A stretch of DNA of 63,619 bases, the filler included, from Xylographa opegraphella (lineage: Eukaryota), in assembly GCA_022813865.1 (NCBI GenBank). It is 3 parts of 3 records of this genome, joined end to end, with 100 filler letters (N's around TTAATTAATTAA, not from the genome) between each part and the next. Parts side by side here need not be neighbours in the genome. Positions count along the whole stretch, not along the records: positions 25,725 to 51,045 come from JALDZX010000126.1; 2 more parts are not named here. The stretch is one strand, 5' to 3'. The translations under genes were made by a program, and so were the position numbers. The notes under the pieces are model-generated. The model saw nothing but the letters and a program-made list of their open reading frames with translations, was not told where the DNA came from and ran no database searches. The stretch's first letter is position 1. Every line of letters begins with the position of its first letter. Shown piece after piece: positions 35,242 through 49,698 of the stretch.

Positions 35242-36777
35242 TTGAGTTGTTACCAAGAATGCTTACAACTACTATACCGATGGTATGCCCAGCGCTGGAT
35301 GACTCACTCCAACAGGGTTCAGAATATGGTTCGTACTCTACTATATATTGCTCCAGTGCTAAGAATAGCGGTTGATAAAGGGCAAGACGTTTTTGATGGA
35401 ACAGATACAGCTCTATCGGCAGCATCGAACATTCCAGGAGTATCTTCCAATCCCCCTTTTGATCTCAATTTACATAATGGCAAACCGGAAATCAGATGGT
35501 CCAGAGACGCTGTCCATCCATCCACAGCTCCCCTCAGAACTCCTGTGAAAGTTGCACCCAATAGTGCCAGAAGAAGACGCGGTACACCATACCTTGGGCG
35601 TGCTGAGGCTAGTCCGAGCCATAGGGTAAAGATGGCAAGCATATTCAAGGAGGCAGCTGCAGACCTTCGCTCGTGCTGCGTACCGGTGACTCAACGACCT
35701 ACCGTCTCGCCTAGCTTCCAGAGAATTTCGTCTCGTCATGGTCCCAAGGTTACGGTGGGGAAGAAGCTGCTTGTTAGCGGCTACACAACTCCAATTGTGC
35801 ATGTACCCAACCCAGACACAACTCCGGTAGTCGCAGTATATCAAGACTCCGACGAGGATGATTGCCATTCGACTCATGGCGTTCCGTACATTATTGCTCC
35901 TCGAGTGGCGTTTCGAACTTCGCCGCGTCCCAACCCCAATATTGACGGCTGGCTCGACGAACTAGTGGGTCCGACAATGGGGTCCAGCAGCGTGCCGCCG
36001 ACGAAGTCATCAAATGTTACAGCTCTATCAGCCACAGTAACTTGTCACGTCACGAGCTCACCAACGCCTCACATCGCAACCAAAAGGATGGGCGGAACCA
36101 AGACGCTCAAATCAATACCTTGCCCTGCCCCGACTTCTGCCACCGCAGTCCAAGCACCACTGAACCTCAACTCTATGCCGAGAAGGCCAGAATCTCTCGA
36201 CATCCCTGGGAGCTCACATTGCTGTCAATCATCGATTTGGAACTCCAGTAATAAGGAGAATCATGTGCCGCCAACTGTAGCCTCATTCTGGAGTTCCGTG
36301 CCTTCTTCCCCACCTCGAGAACATTGTGTGGATGAATGTCAGCCCCAGTCTTCAGCTGCATCTTTGCCCGGAACTCTTGGCGACAAAGTCGACGCTATGT
36401 CGCACCCTACCTTCTCCACTCCAAGTACTCTCTGCTCGCCAGATCATTGCAAGAAGCTCCAGTGGGCTGACAATTCGCCACCAAATATATCACAGATAGC
36501 TGAGTCTCGGAGCACGGCCAAAGTCGCTACCCATCTGGCCGAAGAAGATGGACTTCTTGCTGCGATACTATTCCTTGGCAAGGATGTGATAGTTGAGGGT
36601 GATGTCAATAGTACGGTAGACTCCAGCGAGGAAGTAGACGTGCTTCCACTTAGCCCAGGCGTGGAAAAGTATCGCAAGGGAAGAGCGCCGAGGCGGGAGA
36701 GGTGTGCAAGCTACTGGGATAGTGACATGGTGCCTGAACTCTCCCCGAATCGGGCAGCAGTAGTATTGCAACAATGA
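35242..36777 (+). CDS. Hypothetical Ser/Pro-rich protein (start uncertain)
   Basis: 511-codon ORF; ends with LSPGVEKYRKGRAPRRERCASYWD. Confidence 0.6.
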   Translation: MSCYQECLQLLYRWYAQRWMTHSNRVQNMVRTLLYIAPVLRIAVDKGQDVFDGTDTALSAASNIPGVSSNPPFDLNLHNGKPEIRWSRDAVHPSTAPLRTPVKVAPNSARRRRGTPYLGRAEASPSHRVKMASIFKEAAADLRSCCVPVTQRPTVSPSFQRISSRHGPKVTVGKKLLVSGYTTPIVHVPNPDTTPVVAVYQDSDEDDCHSTHGVPYIIAPRVAFRTSPRPNPNIDGWLDELVGPTMGSSSVPPTKSSNVTALSATVTCHVTSSPTPHIATKRMGGTKTLKSIPCPAPTSATAVQAPLNLNSMPRRPESLDIPGSSHCCQSSIWNSSNKENHVPPTVASFWSSVPSSPPREHCVDECQPQSSAASLPGTLGDKVDAMSHPTFSTPSTLCSPDHCKKLQWADNSPPNISQIAESRSTAKVATHLAEEDGLLAAILFLGKDVIVEGDVNSTVDSSEEVDVLPLSPGVEKYRKGRAPRRERCASYWDSDMVPELSPNRAAVVLQQ

Positions 36778-36989
36778 TAAGTTCTTCGGTGGGTAAACTC
36801 GTATGGACCGACTCTGGTACCTTATTAAATTGATCTTGTTTGCGTCATATTGCTTCATGCGTAGTTCACGGTGAAATTCTCGGGCTTCGGCCGATGTTTG
36901 TTGTACATGATCGATCATTCGTTCCTCTACGGGTCGTTGACGTTCTCTTGTCCAATGTGAAGCAGGAACCCTAAATGCAGAATGGTACT

Positions 36990-38619
36990 TTATTCAACAG
37001 AAGGAAAGGGAGCTGGTTCTTCTTGTTCGACCTTTATTTCTATCCCGCCCATGACAACGCCTAAGCCCCCTTCATCCTCTCCGTCCTCTCCGTCCTCTCC
37101 GTCCTCTCCGTCCTCTCCGTCCTCTCCGTCCTCTCCGTCCTCTCCGTCCTCTCCGTCCTCTCCGTCCTCTCCGTCCTCTCCGTCCTCTCCGTCCTCTCCG
37201 TCCTCTCCGTCCTCCATATCCTTCATGGCCTCGATTTCATCCTCTCCGTCCTCGGTTTCTTCCAGGTATCGAACGGGGGTTGTGTCCCTCTCAGCCACCA
37301 TATCCTGCAGCAGGTCGACGACGTCGTATTTGACCTCATTCGATGGCATTGTCACATCTTCACCGCACGGCTTGGTAAGCTCATGTATCTCATCCGAGTC
37401 GTATAACATCAGGTAAAGCAGATTCACCAGCGAGTTGGAATTCAGTCGGTTGGGGGCCTTGAATACTGTGTCAGCCAATTTACATTAGAATACGACCGTG
37501 GAACATATAGTATGGCACCAAATTGGTCGTGGTAGTATTGCACAAACTCACCACTTTCTGTACACGCTCCTTTGCTTTGAATGCCACAGCAAACCCTCCT
37601 CCCAACCCTACTAATTCCAGCATCTTAAGATCGTTTGCTCCGTCCCCAACGCAGAGAACCTCGGACAGCAAGACATTATTAACGCCGGCTATTTGAGCGA
37701 GAAGTTCTTCCTTGGCCTCTGCCGTAATGATTGGATAGGCCGGCTCAAGGTTTCCCGTGAGATACATGTGCGGATAATGAGGTTGTGGCCGAGACTCTTC
37801 TAACTGAACACCTGAATCAGAGGGATTCACAGGCAGAAATCAAGAATATCGTACATGATTCGCGTAGGCGTAGTCCAACCCTAGTTCCTCTTTTACCCAT
37901 TCTGCGATCTGAATAAACCCTCCACTGATTACAGCCATCTTCACCCCCAGCCTCTTTAACGCCCTGCAAAGTTCTCGTGCACCCTCAGCAAACCTAATCT
38001 TCTTCTTGAGCTCATCCCAAATAGACATGGAGTTCACCCCTTTCAGCAATGCCACTCGTGCCTTCAAGGATTGTGCAAAATCCAATTCTCCAGCCATGGC
38101 CCGCCTTGTGATTTCGCTCACGGCGTCCTGGACTCCTATACTTCTCGCAACCTCGTCGATCACTTCCTGCTCGATAAGCGTGGAGTCAAGATCGAATACA
38201 GCAAGCTTGAGGGGGAGATGGCCTTGAAAATTGAGCATAGAATTATGGACGTAGAGTGTAATTTCGAGATCATATTTCTCCTCAATTTCAACAACTTCAG
38301 GATCGTGGCGAAGTATCCATGGCTTTTCGCCGTCCAGCCTGTAAATGTGCGATATGCGGAGGACGAGAGGAGATAGGAAGCACATGTGAACCATTCCCTC
38401 GGTCTCCGTGGATAGGAAATCTTCAACGAATTGTGGATTCAGAATTGAGTTTATTTCCGATTTAGCAAATACAATTATCTGCAGCATATTCAGCGCAGGA
38501 TCACCACGCGCCCTCGTGGCCATGGCGCCAGGTGGCATTCCTTTGGATATCTCGTTCGAAGGGTCCGCTTGTTCAGATTCGACAATTGTCGTTTCAGAAT
38601 ATATGACTTGAGCATCCAT
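36990..38619 (-). CDS. SER2: Phosphoserine phosphatase SerB-like with acidic C-terminal extension (introns 37804-37854, 37458-37551; start uncertain)
   Basis: HAD motifs VFDLDSTLI, ITRRAMAGELDF, VISGGF, VGDGANDL and AFKAK; spliced KVAPNRLNSNSL. Confidence 0.82.
37075..37209. repeat. Perfect 9-bp coding minisatellite (TCCTCTCCG)15 encoding (EDG)n on the minus strand
   Basis: 135 bp = 15 identical units. Confidence 0.95.
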
Positions 38620-39223
38620 TGCCTCAGACTCCACAGCTTCGCTTTCCAGGAAGTCGAAAGACTTAGCCCCAAAAGAAGTAGCCGCCGAAGATGTTGGCAC
38701 GGACGATGCAGCCTCAATTTTTCATGGCAGATTTTTGTATAAAGTTTATATTGTGTGAATCCACAGCGCACTCCCAAGATAGATATTTAGATTATGCTTT
38801 GATGCACCACACTAATTGAAAAAGCTTGAAAAAGAACCAGGGCAAATTAGAGCGGAGCAATAACAATTATTTTTCATTCAAAAGCATACCTGAAGGGCAG
38901 GCACAAGGAGCGCATAGTACAACAAAAGCTCGCTGCCCGGGATCATCCCATCGCGAGGCAACGGAAAATAGTCTCGTTGGGGTCTGCACACCGATAAAGT
39001 GAGTTCTGATATTGTAGCTAACGTCAGATACTCAGTTCGGAATCGAACGGAAAAAATCTAGCAGAACAGGCTACACGGAATACGTAGTAGGATCCTAAGC
39101 GCTAACTAAACCACCCACGGTCAAACACGACCTAGAATAACACAAATGGCCTTTCCGGCAGCATTGGTATAACCGGATAACAGCGATCCTCGAGCGGACT
39201 AATACACCTGTCAACTTTCAAGT

Positions 39224-40953
39224 ATGCTCACTGAAAGCTTCATAGCTTCGGTACTAGATACGAGAAAAGCGAAAACCAATTCCACTGACAAAGACGTTGG
39301 AATCCATATCTATGAGTATCAGCCTCTATCGGCCATAAGCACGACATTCAAGAAAAGCACCACCACGCCTAACTGTCTTGCTATCAGTATCAGCCATATA
39401 TTCGCAGCGCAGGCTGAAAAGGGTGTCATTCATGTCTACAATCGCGACCGAGGCAATCAGGAGGCGATAATTCCTTTCCCGGAAAAGGTCACCAGTTTGG
39501 CGCTGATCGGACGTTACGATGGGCCTGGCATATTGGCATTGGGCACCGCAGGGGGTAGAGTCTTACTGTGGGAGGTGAGATATCAGCGGGAATACCTAAT
39601 AAATAATCATCTGACCAAAAAAAGTAGCTTTGCACTGGCCGCCTCGTGTCCACTCCTCAATCTCATCTACAAGCCATTACGTGTCTGGCTGTAGATCCAT
39701 CGTTTAATTTCTTCCTTACAGCATCCCCAGATGCCAGTATCCACGTCTGGTGCATCACGACTCTACTGTCTTTCTCTACACCCTCGATCCATGATCCAAG
39801 TCGATCTTCGCCCTGCTCCCCTCTCCGGACACTCTCGACACATCGTGCAGCCATCACAGCCCTGATCACCGGGCATAGCTCCAGTGGCGCTAATATCGCT
39901 ATATCTGCGTCAGAAGACAATACTTGCCTTGTCTGGGACTATCGTGCAGGCATTCTCCTCCATACCTTCATCCTTCCAAATACGCCCCTCTCGTTAGCTA
40001 TAGATCCCGCAGATCGTGCTTTCTACGCTGGCTATGACGATGGCAGTACCCAGCTTATTAACTTTTATAAGGATCCGTCTCTCGCTCATCAGATCTATGA
40101 CCCACAGCTCCGCAGCACGCCCACACAGCCGATGCGCGAAGATCGCTGGTTCCTTCCCGCAGATGTTGCGTCGCCAGTCCTGAGCCTCGAGATTAGCTAC
40201 GATGGCACAGTGCTCCTTTCAGGACATGAAAATGGTAAAATTCATATTTGGGACGTTGCCAAAGGTCGATATGCGACACAACTTGCGGACATTTCTTCTA
40301 GCGTCACGAACCTTAGAATGATCCCACCCCAAGGATTTTCCCTGCCGTTTGCATCACGTCTCCAGACACTGAACGTCGTAAAGCCGCGCTATGAGAATAT
40401 GTTGACCGGCAGCAATATATCATCCGCCGAGAGGGGCATCTCAGAGGCCTACACAATCACTGCGCAATTCGCTCACGGCATTCATCTTCCCTCAGCAACC
40501 AACGACCCCATGATATCCTTCGACCACGTTCTTTCCCATTCTTCTTTACCTTCTTATCTTTTGGACGAGGGTCGCGCCCAACTCGCCATGTTTTCATCGG
40601 CCACGAAAAGCCCATCTGGTTCTTTAGGCTGGCACAAGGATATGAATGTGGAGGAACCTGGAATTGCAACACTCAAGGCACGATTGCGGCATTCTCGTGT
40701 TGCCTCGATGGCGCATGCGGAACATGCAGTCGCTCTTTCAGATGAGTTGTGGAGAATACAAGGTGCGGAAAGGAGAAAGAGGCGAATGAAGAAGCTGGGA
40801 CGTATCAAGAGGCTGAATATGGAGGATGGGAGAAGGAAGAGAGCGATGTCGGAGGTTGGTATGGCGCCGGTAGGAGCAATGGAAGTAGACAAGACCGAAG
40901 CGGAAGAGGCTGAATTGAGCAGCAGTACCGAGGAATTGACAGGTAGTGATTGA
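39224..40953 (+). CDS. IPI3: Pre-rRNA-processing WD40 protein of the Rix1 complex (intron 39575-39627)
   Basis: MLTESFIAS start, IFAAQAEKGVIHVY, spliced LWELCTGRL, HLQAITCL, several WD repeats and a C-terminal coiled coil. Confidence 0.82.
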
Positions 40954-41363
40954 GGAGAGAGATGATACATGGGTTCTCCCGGACTTTACCGCCTCCGAAG
41001 CGAAGAATGCTCCAAAGTGCGTAGTTGTGGGAGAGCCAATTACAAAGCATCGCATTAAAGCTATTGGGTCGTAAGAGCCACCGAGGATGAAAAGCAATGC
41101 AACCGGACCTCCACCTTGTAAGAGTCAGGAATCCACTTTCCACCTGATTTCAAGTTTTGGCTTTTCCAGGATAAAGCCTCGGATCACACATTTGTGCACT
41201 CCAAATAAGCAGCGCATGTCGCTCAATCCCGTCAGAAGAACATCTACCGCTAAGGATATACGAAGTAATCAGCCACTCACGATAATCAATCGTCCAACCG
41301 TGAGCTTCAAACATCTTCTATCAATGCTTAGATGGGTCTTCGTGCTTGTCGGTTAGCCGGTAT

Positions 41364-42976
41364 CTAGAATTTCTCCACTTCCAGCATATTCAACCAGTTC
41401 AGAACCATCATAGCCTTGATCAAATTACCCTTCAGATCGACGTGTCTATCAACAAGTCAGCATGCAATTGTTCTTGTCACCTCGTTTGGCTCAAAATATT
41501 CGTATGGGACGCCAAGAAAAGAACAACTGTGACTTACACTCCGTCAAACTTGTTGCTTTGTATGCTCATATTGTAGGTACCCAAATGTTCTACCCCTCTC
41601 CTCCCTGCCTCTACTTTTACCGACTCTTCGAAAACGGCGAGCGCTTTATTTCCTTGACTTATGAGCCACTCATCCGGCTTTTCCTTGCCAGCAGCGTTGG
41701 GTGTCAGAAACAATCGTGGCCAGAACCCGTTGTGGCGTTCTCCAGGCCATGAAACACTTGTTAAATCTTGTGCCCCTTTCCTGGAGCGTCTACTTGCGAA
41801 ATTTCTGATACTGCGGGCAGAATGGGCAGAAGCGTAACCAATCTGAAGCCAGGGCGCAGAAGAGATGGTAGTGTCTAGGATGAGATCCAGCCAGTCAAGT
41901 GTGGCTTGCAGATCGAGGTCATTCCACAGACCGTGTCCAAATATGAACGCGTACGGCCGTGAGGGTTTGCTTGATGGGAGAAGATCTCGTAGGCGGCTTA
42001 GCTCTTCTGGAGCAATGGGGAAGCGAATCATCTGTTCGACTGTCCGATTGAAAATTAAGCCATTACAGGGAATACGGAAGAAAAAGGAAATACTTACTCA
42101 TGACATCAACGGTATCTGCAGGACATGAAAGACTGCCAGGGTCATTCTTGACTACATCTGCAGTCTTGAAGATTCCTTGTATGGAACACGCCTTGACGTT
42201 GAATTGGTAGTTGCAAAAGCATTCTTTTCTGTCCTTGCAGCATTAATCTTGAGTTATTGTACCACATGAAATTTTAAATTTTGATCTTGTACTTACCGTT
42301 CTTCTGGAGAAAAGTTCCAGTCCGTCACTGCACCATATCCAAGATCCTTCCTGATCAGAACATTCAGACTACCAATCACATGACGCATCATGCTATCACC
42401 CACAATCACCACCTTCTCGAACCTAGCTAGTATTTCACATATCTCTTCACTACTGAACCAACGCATGTCACAATCTCTAGGCATATAAGGTGCATCGTGA
42501 CCGATCCGGCCGCCGGACGACATGGCTGTCAACATTGACTGACGGCTGCTGCAAAGAGGGCCGAAAGGAGTGTGAAGGTCCAGTGACGAAATATTGCACG
42601 TGTTGCGGTACTTGTAGTCGGAGAAGGTGTCGATGGTATCCACGAGCCGATGTGGTAAAGCCTCCGGAGGGTGAAGCGCTGCGTTGGTAAGGATTGCGGT
42701 GTTATAAGGTATGGCGGTGGTTAGGTACGCTGGACGACATTGCTGTGCCACGATACTTAGTTACGGCTCGGAGACCGGCTGGGATGGTCTGGTACATACT
42801 TCATGATGGCGCGAAGAGGCCATCAAGAAGTCTAGCAAAAGGAAAGTCGCCAAACCAATAACAATGAGATTGAGTCGTCGGTATTTGTTAAACCAAGGGA
42901 TGAGTCGCCATGTTCCGCGAGGTGGGAGGAAAGGGCCTGTATGCGTTGGCGATAGTGCAGGCGGATATTGGTTCAT
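41364..42976 (-). CDS. Type II membrane SGNH/PC-esterase-like protein (GDS...DxxH), multi-exon
   Basis: N-terminal TM segment LNLIVIGLATFLLLDFLM; VVIVGDSMMRH; GHGLWND; spliced FDGVH followed by KAMMVLNWL and TAG at 41364-41366. Confidence 0.75.
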
Positions 42977-45688
42977 TGGAAAAACACTGGTCCTAGGCAG
43001 GCTATCGAGCCAGGTTTTGATGGAAGTGCTGAATTTCGCCTGGGAAGTATGGTGTGTTCGAAGCCCCTCAAGTTGAAAACGTGTTTCGGCCAGGTGTCGC
43101 AGCTTAATACAAGGTGGCTTGTATGTAACGGGAAAGAATTCATCTAATGGTGCAACTTGGCAAGATGGAACGATTCACAAGCAGCAATGCCAAGACGAGA
43201 TAAACAAAAAACCTTAGGCACGTTTTGAGCTCCCATAGGAAAGTAAGATCCATTAAGATTGAGGTCCATCACAATCCTGGGCCATTTCAGTCGATTTTTG
43301 TCGACTTTTGGCTTGTGTTAATGAGTTGTCTAGCAGTCTCCAAGATTAAGAGGAAGTGCACTGGGGATGAAATGGGCAACAAACGAGCGTCATTTCCCTA
43401 CCTCGGCTACCTAGGTGCCACAGCCACTGGCAGCTTCCAACCCTACCTGGGTAGTCACTCAGTCATATAGCACGCTCCGTGCGGAGAAGTGGTGGTAAGG
43501 CACAAGCCATGAAATTGCAGCAGCGTCTGCAATGCGAATCGTTCTTCCTAGGATGTGATGAAGTTGGCTCAAACTCATCTCATACATGATTGTCCGAGCA
43601 AATCTAGTACTTCAACTACGAAAGCGACTGCTGAGCAATGTCGGGGCTTCGGGAGTAGTCGAGATCTTGGCTTCGGGGGAAAATTCTAGATCCTACAGCT
43701 GCATAAAGCAGACTTGAGCCATCGTTGGCATAATGACCATATACGCTGCCTTGTCAGGAAGAGCAGGAATGCAGATTGCACAGAGCTTATTCACTCCTGT
43801 CTTGTGTCCACCAGTGAGTGGCCCTTTTAGAGCCACCTGCCTTCACAGCGGTGTGAAATGTTGGATATTAGTACGTTACTCACAGGCTGAGTCTTCAACC
43901 ACAACAAGCTACCAGAGCGTGACCGATCTAGGTCGACTCATTCTATCCCGAGAGACTATGTATAACCCTCCACTCGTGTCCTCTCTTGCTTATGTTTCTT
44001 CCAAAAACATTCCTATCCACTTTAGTTTCTCTCCTACAACATCCAGTTGAAGACTCTTCCGATCACACTCATCACAATTCGCACCAGCTCTCATCAACAC
44101 TCAAGATCTCGTTTCAATCTTCGGGTCGCTGGCCTTATCAGACTAAGGGATAATCAATGCTGTCAGTGCGTCGACAGCATCTCTCTGCAATCTTATCACG
44201 ACGACCTCCGCACGCTTCTCAATCCTCGAATACTACGCCAGGAAGCCAAATCTCAAAACATCCAGCATGGATTCGTCAGACATCAGCGGTGTCTTTCCCT
44301 TGTCCACGGCTCCCCGCGACTCCATCCACCCCTAGTGATGTCTCCGGAGTTCCTACAACGCATAACCCACGCTTTTGTGTGACTTGTTGCGTCTGCAAAA
44401 GCAGGTTTCCGTCCCCAATCCAAGCCATCACACTGCTATTTTTGTAACCAGCTATGACTAAATCCGGTGTGCTTCCTAGACGTAGACTACGCTGTGAACT
44501 CGAGAAGCGGTGAGAAATAAACGATCCAAAGGGAACTCTCTATGAAATCAATGGCATGAACTATGCCTCCATGATCATTCATGCCAAACAATATCGGTCT
44601 CATGTGTCATGCAATGGCAGAAGCGCTCGGGCTGTTATGAGCGCATGTCCCCGAAGCTCGCATCGATATTTCTGGAATGTAACAAGAGCAACAGAGATGG
44701 TCTGCCAAGAGAGGACCTCTCGCTGATTATGCAGCTTTGCTACTTTGAATTGCGAGATTCTCCCTCGAAATTTTTACATATAGAGAACACATATAATTGG
44801 ATGAGATATATGACCTAGCGCTCCCGCGGTGTCAGAAAAAGGGGCGTAAACCCACGGCGTCATAGTTGTGCACAACGTCCGCGAGATATGGTCGGGCGGA
44901 CCAAAGGCATTTAGTCCTTTCTACAGCCTCAAGCAGCAGGTCACCCTAGGTCCTACGGGACGCCATTGGCGAGAGGAGAGCCCAACGGTACCTATCCTCG
45001 CTATCCTAGGTGCAGATAGCCGAACAGCTCCACGACCAGATGCCGTCCTTCCGCGAACGACCTCAATTTTACTCCCCACACCCGCCATCACCAACAGCGC
45101 ATGTGTGAAAGATGACTGCCTTGTGGAAGGAAAGAGCGACGTGCCTAACTTTAAGGCCAAGGTCGCAGTCACAGCTGCGGATCGGGCTCGGGGTGGAGGG
45201 TGACGTCAAACAAGCTTCATCGCACGCGGGTGTCGTCGCTTGCTGGTATCGGGGCGGAGCGAGTCTCTGCCTGCCCGTACTCCGTACCATCTCTACGAAG
45301 TACAGCATGACCGAACCACGAAGTCCCTTTCTCGTCAGTGCGAAGCTCTAACTTTGCGGCATCTTACTGCTTTGGCAATGGCTCGCACTCGAGTCCGGGA
45401 GCAGGACGTCCCCGTTGGCTCATCGCTTTGTTAATGGCCTTCTTTAGCGCCATCACGCCATATTTTCTCATATTCCGTTCCTCAGCAATGTTCCACTTGA
45501 TTACCAAAAAGCCGCTGGCCGGTAGCCCTGCAATATACAAGTGTATCCGGTTGTCTCTCTTCTGTACCAGTTCTCTCCTCGGTTGTGCACCATTTTCGGT
45601 GTTGCTTGCGTTGACTGCTCTACGAAGAACTGCATCATCATCTCGATTCAGCGTCCACGTACGACCCTTTCCCCCTCATAACCCCAAG

Positions 45689-46675
45689 ATGCCTGCCATT
45701 GCCTTCTCTCCTCGGTCTTTGAAGACGGAGATACTACCGCCAATGCAGAGTGACGACGAGTCAGGATATGCCAGTTGCAGCTCAAGTGAAGCCAGCGTTC
45801 CTGATGTCTTCTTTACCAAACCCCATCTAAGATTTCTAAACCGTCAGCTTCAGAATCTGGAACCTCAGGGTACGTGTTTGATCTCCCTACCAAAGTCATC
45901 CATGATACTTATATATGTCCGGGCAGACATACTACGATGGTGCATCACAACACTCCCAGGCCTCTTTCAGACCACTGCCTTCGGACTCACTGGGCTTGTG
46001 ACGCTTGATATGTTATCCAAAATGAAGATACCACGACCTCAGCAAGTTGACCTCATTTTCTTCGATACTCTTCATCACTTCACGGAGACACTCGCTTTGC
46101 TCGATCGTGTTCGTGATCGGTACCCCCTCGTCAATATGCACGTCTACAAACCCGCCGGTATCAGCGATTCCGAACAGTTTGCACAGCAATACGGGGAAAG
46201 GTTGTGGGAGACGAATGACCAGCTCTATGACTGGGCTGCCAAAGTTGAGCCAGCACAAAGAGCATATCGCGAACTGCGGGTCAATGCTGTTCTTACTGGT
46301 CGGCGCAGAAGCCAAGGCGGTAAGCGAGGGGACCTCGATATTATTGAAACCGACGAAGCTGGACTCATCAAGATCAACCCTCTCGCCAATTGGTCTTTTC
46401 AGCAGGTACAAGACTACATCCGCGCAAACAACGTGCCATACAATAATCTGCTCGATCAGGGCTATCGAAGTGTGGGCGATTGGCATTCCACCCAACCTGT
46501 GCAGGCTGGGGAAGACGAACGGGCTGGACGCTGGAAGGGACAGCAAAAAACGGAATGTGGCATTCACAACCCTCGGTCCAAATTTGCTCAATTCTTACGG
46601 CAGCAAGAATTGAGGAAGCAGGAGGAAGCTCTCGGAAAGGCACTGCAGTCGGGTATGGAGGTCGAGTCATCCTAA
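45689..46675 (+). CDS. MET16: PAPS reductase (intron 45870-45926)
   Basis: Motifs QTTAFGLTG, FFDTLHHF, TGRRRSQG, KINPLANW, GYRSVGD and ERAGRW...KTECGIH. Confidence 0.95.
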   Translation: MPAIAFSPRSLKTEILPPMQSDDESGYASCSSSEASVPDVFFTKPHLRFLNRQLQNLEPQGTCLISLPKSSMILIYVRADILRWCITTLPGLFQTTAFGLTGLVTLDMLSKMKIPRPQQVDLIFFDTLHHFTETLALLDRVRDRYPLVNMHVYKPAGISDSEQFAQQYGERLWETNDQLYDWAAKVEPAQRAYRELRVNAVLTGRRRSQGGKRGDLDIIETDEAGLIKINPLANWSFQQVQDYIRANNVPYNNLLDQGYRSVGDWHSTQPVQAGEDERAGRWKGQQKTECGIHNPRSKFAQFLRQQELRKQEEALGKALQSGMEVESS

Positions 46676-47285
46676 ACGCCCGGCACCAATCTGTTCGCCG
46701 GTCAATAATTGGCATAGCATGGGCGTTGGGACGGTGGACAAGGGGTTAAAACGGGATTGGAGTGGCAGATGGCATAGGTACGAGCTTACTTGTGAGGACA
46801 ACGTAGTCGATATAATTGCCGCACCTGGTGGAAAGTAGAAGAAGTTATCTAGACTACACCGAGATGTCGCTCAAGGTAGTTCTTCGAACGGTGTCTACCC
46901 TCAGCTTGCCACTGCGACTCCATGAGTAAAGCCTCAGGGAGGATTTCTAAAATGTTCGCACCATGTCGAGAGGTGCCGCTGATCAATCTGCCGGCAGAAT
47001 TCTGGAGAATGACGTGCTACCTAGGTACAAGTTGTTCCTGCGGCTGCTCGCAACCGGCTCACTTCTCGTGGTCAGGAACAGGCAACCAACGCCGAAATTA
47101 TCATTGTGCGACTCCGGCTCCATTCTATCTCCTGCTGCGGCGCCTATATCTGTGGAAATCGAATGCCCCTTCTCTGCTTCGCATCCCATCAGCTCTCGCA
47201 CTCACATTCGCCCTCACACTCCCAAAAATTACATTCGTTCTGTACCAGTCGTCTCCGTCTTCACCGAGGTTGACGTGCATCCTAG

Positions 47286-49207
<1,922 letters not shown>

Positions 49208-49453
49208 TGAAGTCGATGTGTATAGAAGTGCTTTATTGCTCAACATAATTAGGGTTGTGGGAGGTAGAGAACCAACGTCAGTGTCGGTAACATAACATTG
49301 CAGTATAGCCCAGTTGAGTACACTGTCTTAAATGAATGCCAGTGGTGGCACGTCTCAAGGTTAATTTGCTGCTAAAATCGAATGATACTACCAGGACTCC
49401 GTTACCGGGTAACGGGCCACACCCCCGAAGCGGGCCACCTGCATAGGCGGCGA

Positions 49454-49698
49454 TGTCAGAGGCAGAGTTTTGGGTTCGGGATGTAAAATGTATTGATTGA
49501 TCGATTGAAACTAAGGAGGGAAGTGTTTAGGACCAAAGGTCCTGACTATACATATATTGGGGTTTCTTAAATAGGAAGCCGCGCAGGCAGAGCAGGCGAG
49601 CAGGCAGGCAGGCAGACAGGCAAACAGGCTGGTCGAAAACCACTTTGAACCCTGTACTTTATAGTATTATCCTCTTTTCATACTTTTTGACCTTAACA
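49454..49698. mobile_element. Probable solo LTR
   Basis: TGTCAG...CCTTAACA termini, 245 bp, at the edge of an AT-rich block; no clear target-site duplication. Confidence 0.45.

Noticed and set aside
37075..37209. CRISPR-like array
   Set aside because: Contiguous 9-bp units without spacers, in a eukaryotic exon.
36982..37416. (SSP)n ORF on the plus strand
   Set aside because: Antisense reading of the EDG repeat in the phosphoserine phosphatase last exon.
43100..45330. ORFs of 70-111 aa upstream of MET16
   Set aside because: No motifs or splice-supported structure; more likely divergent promoter/intergenic DNA.
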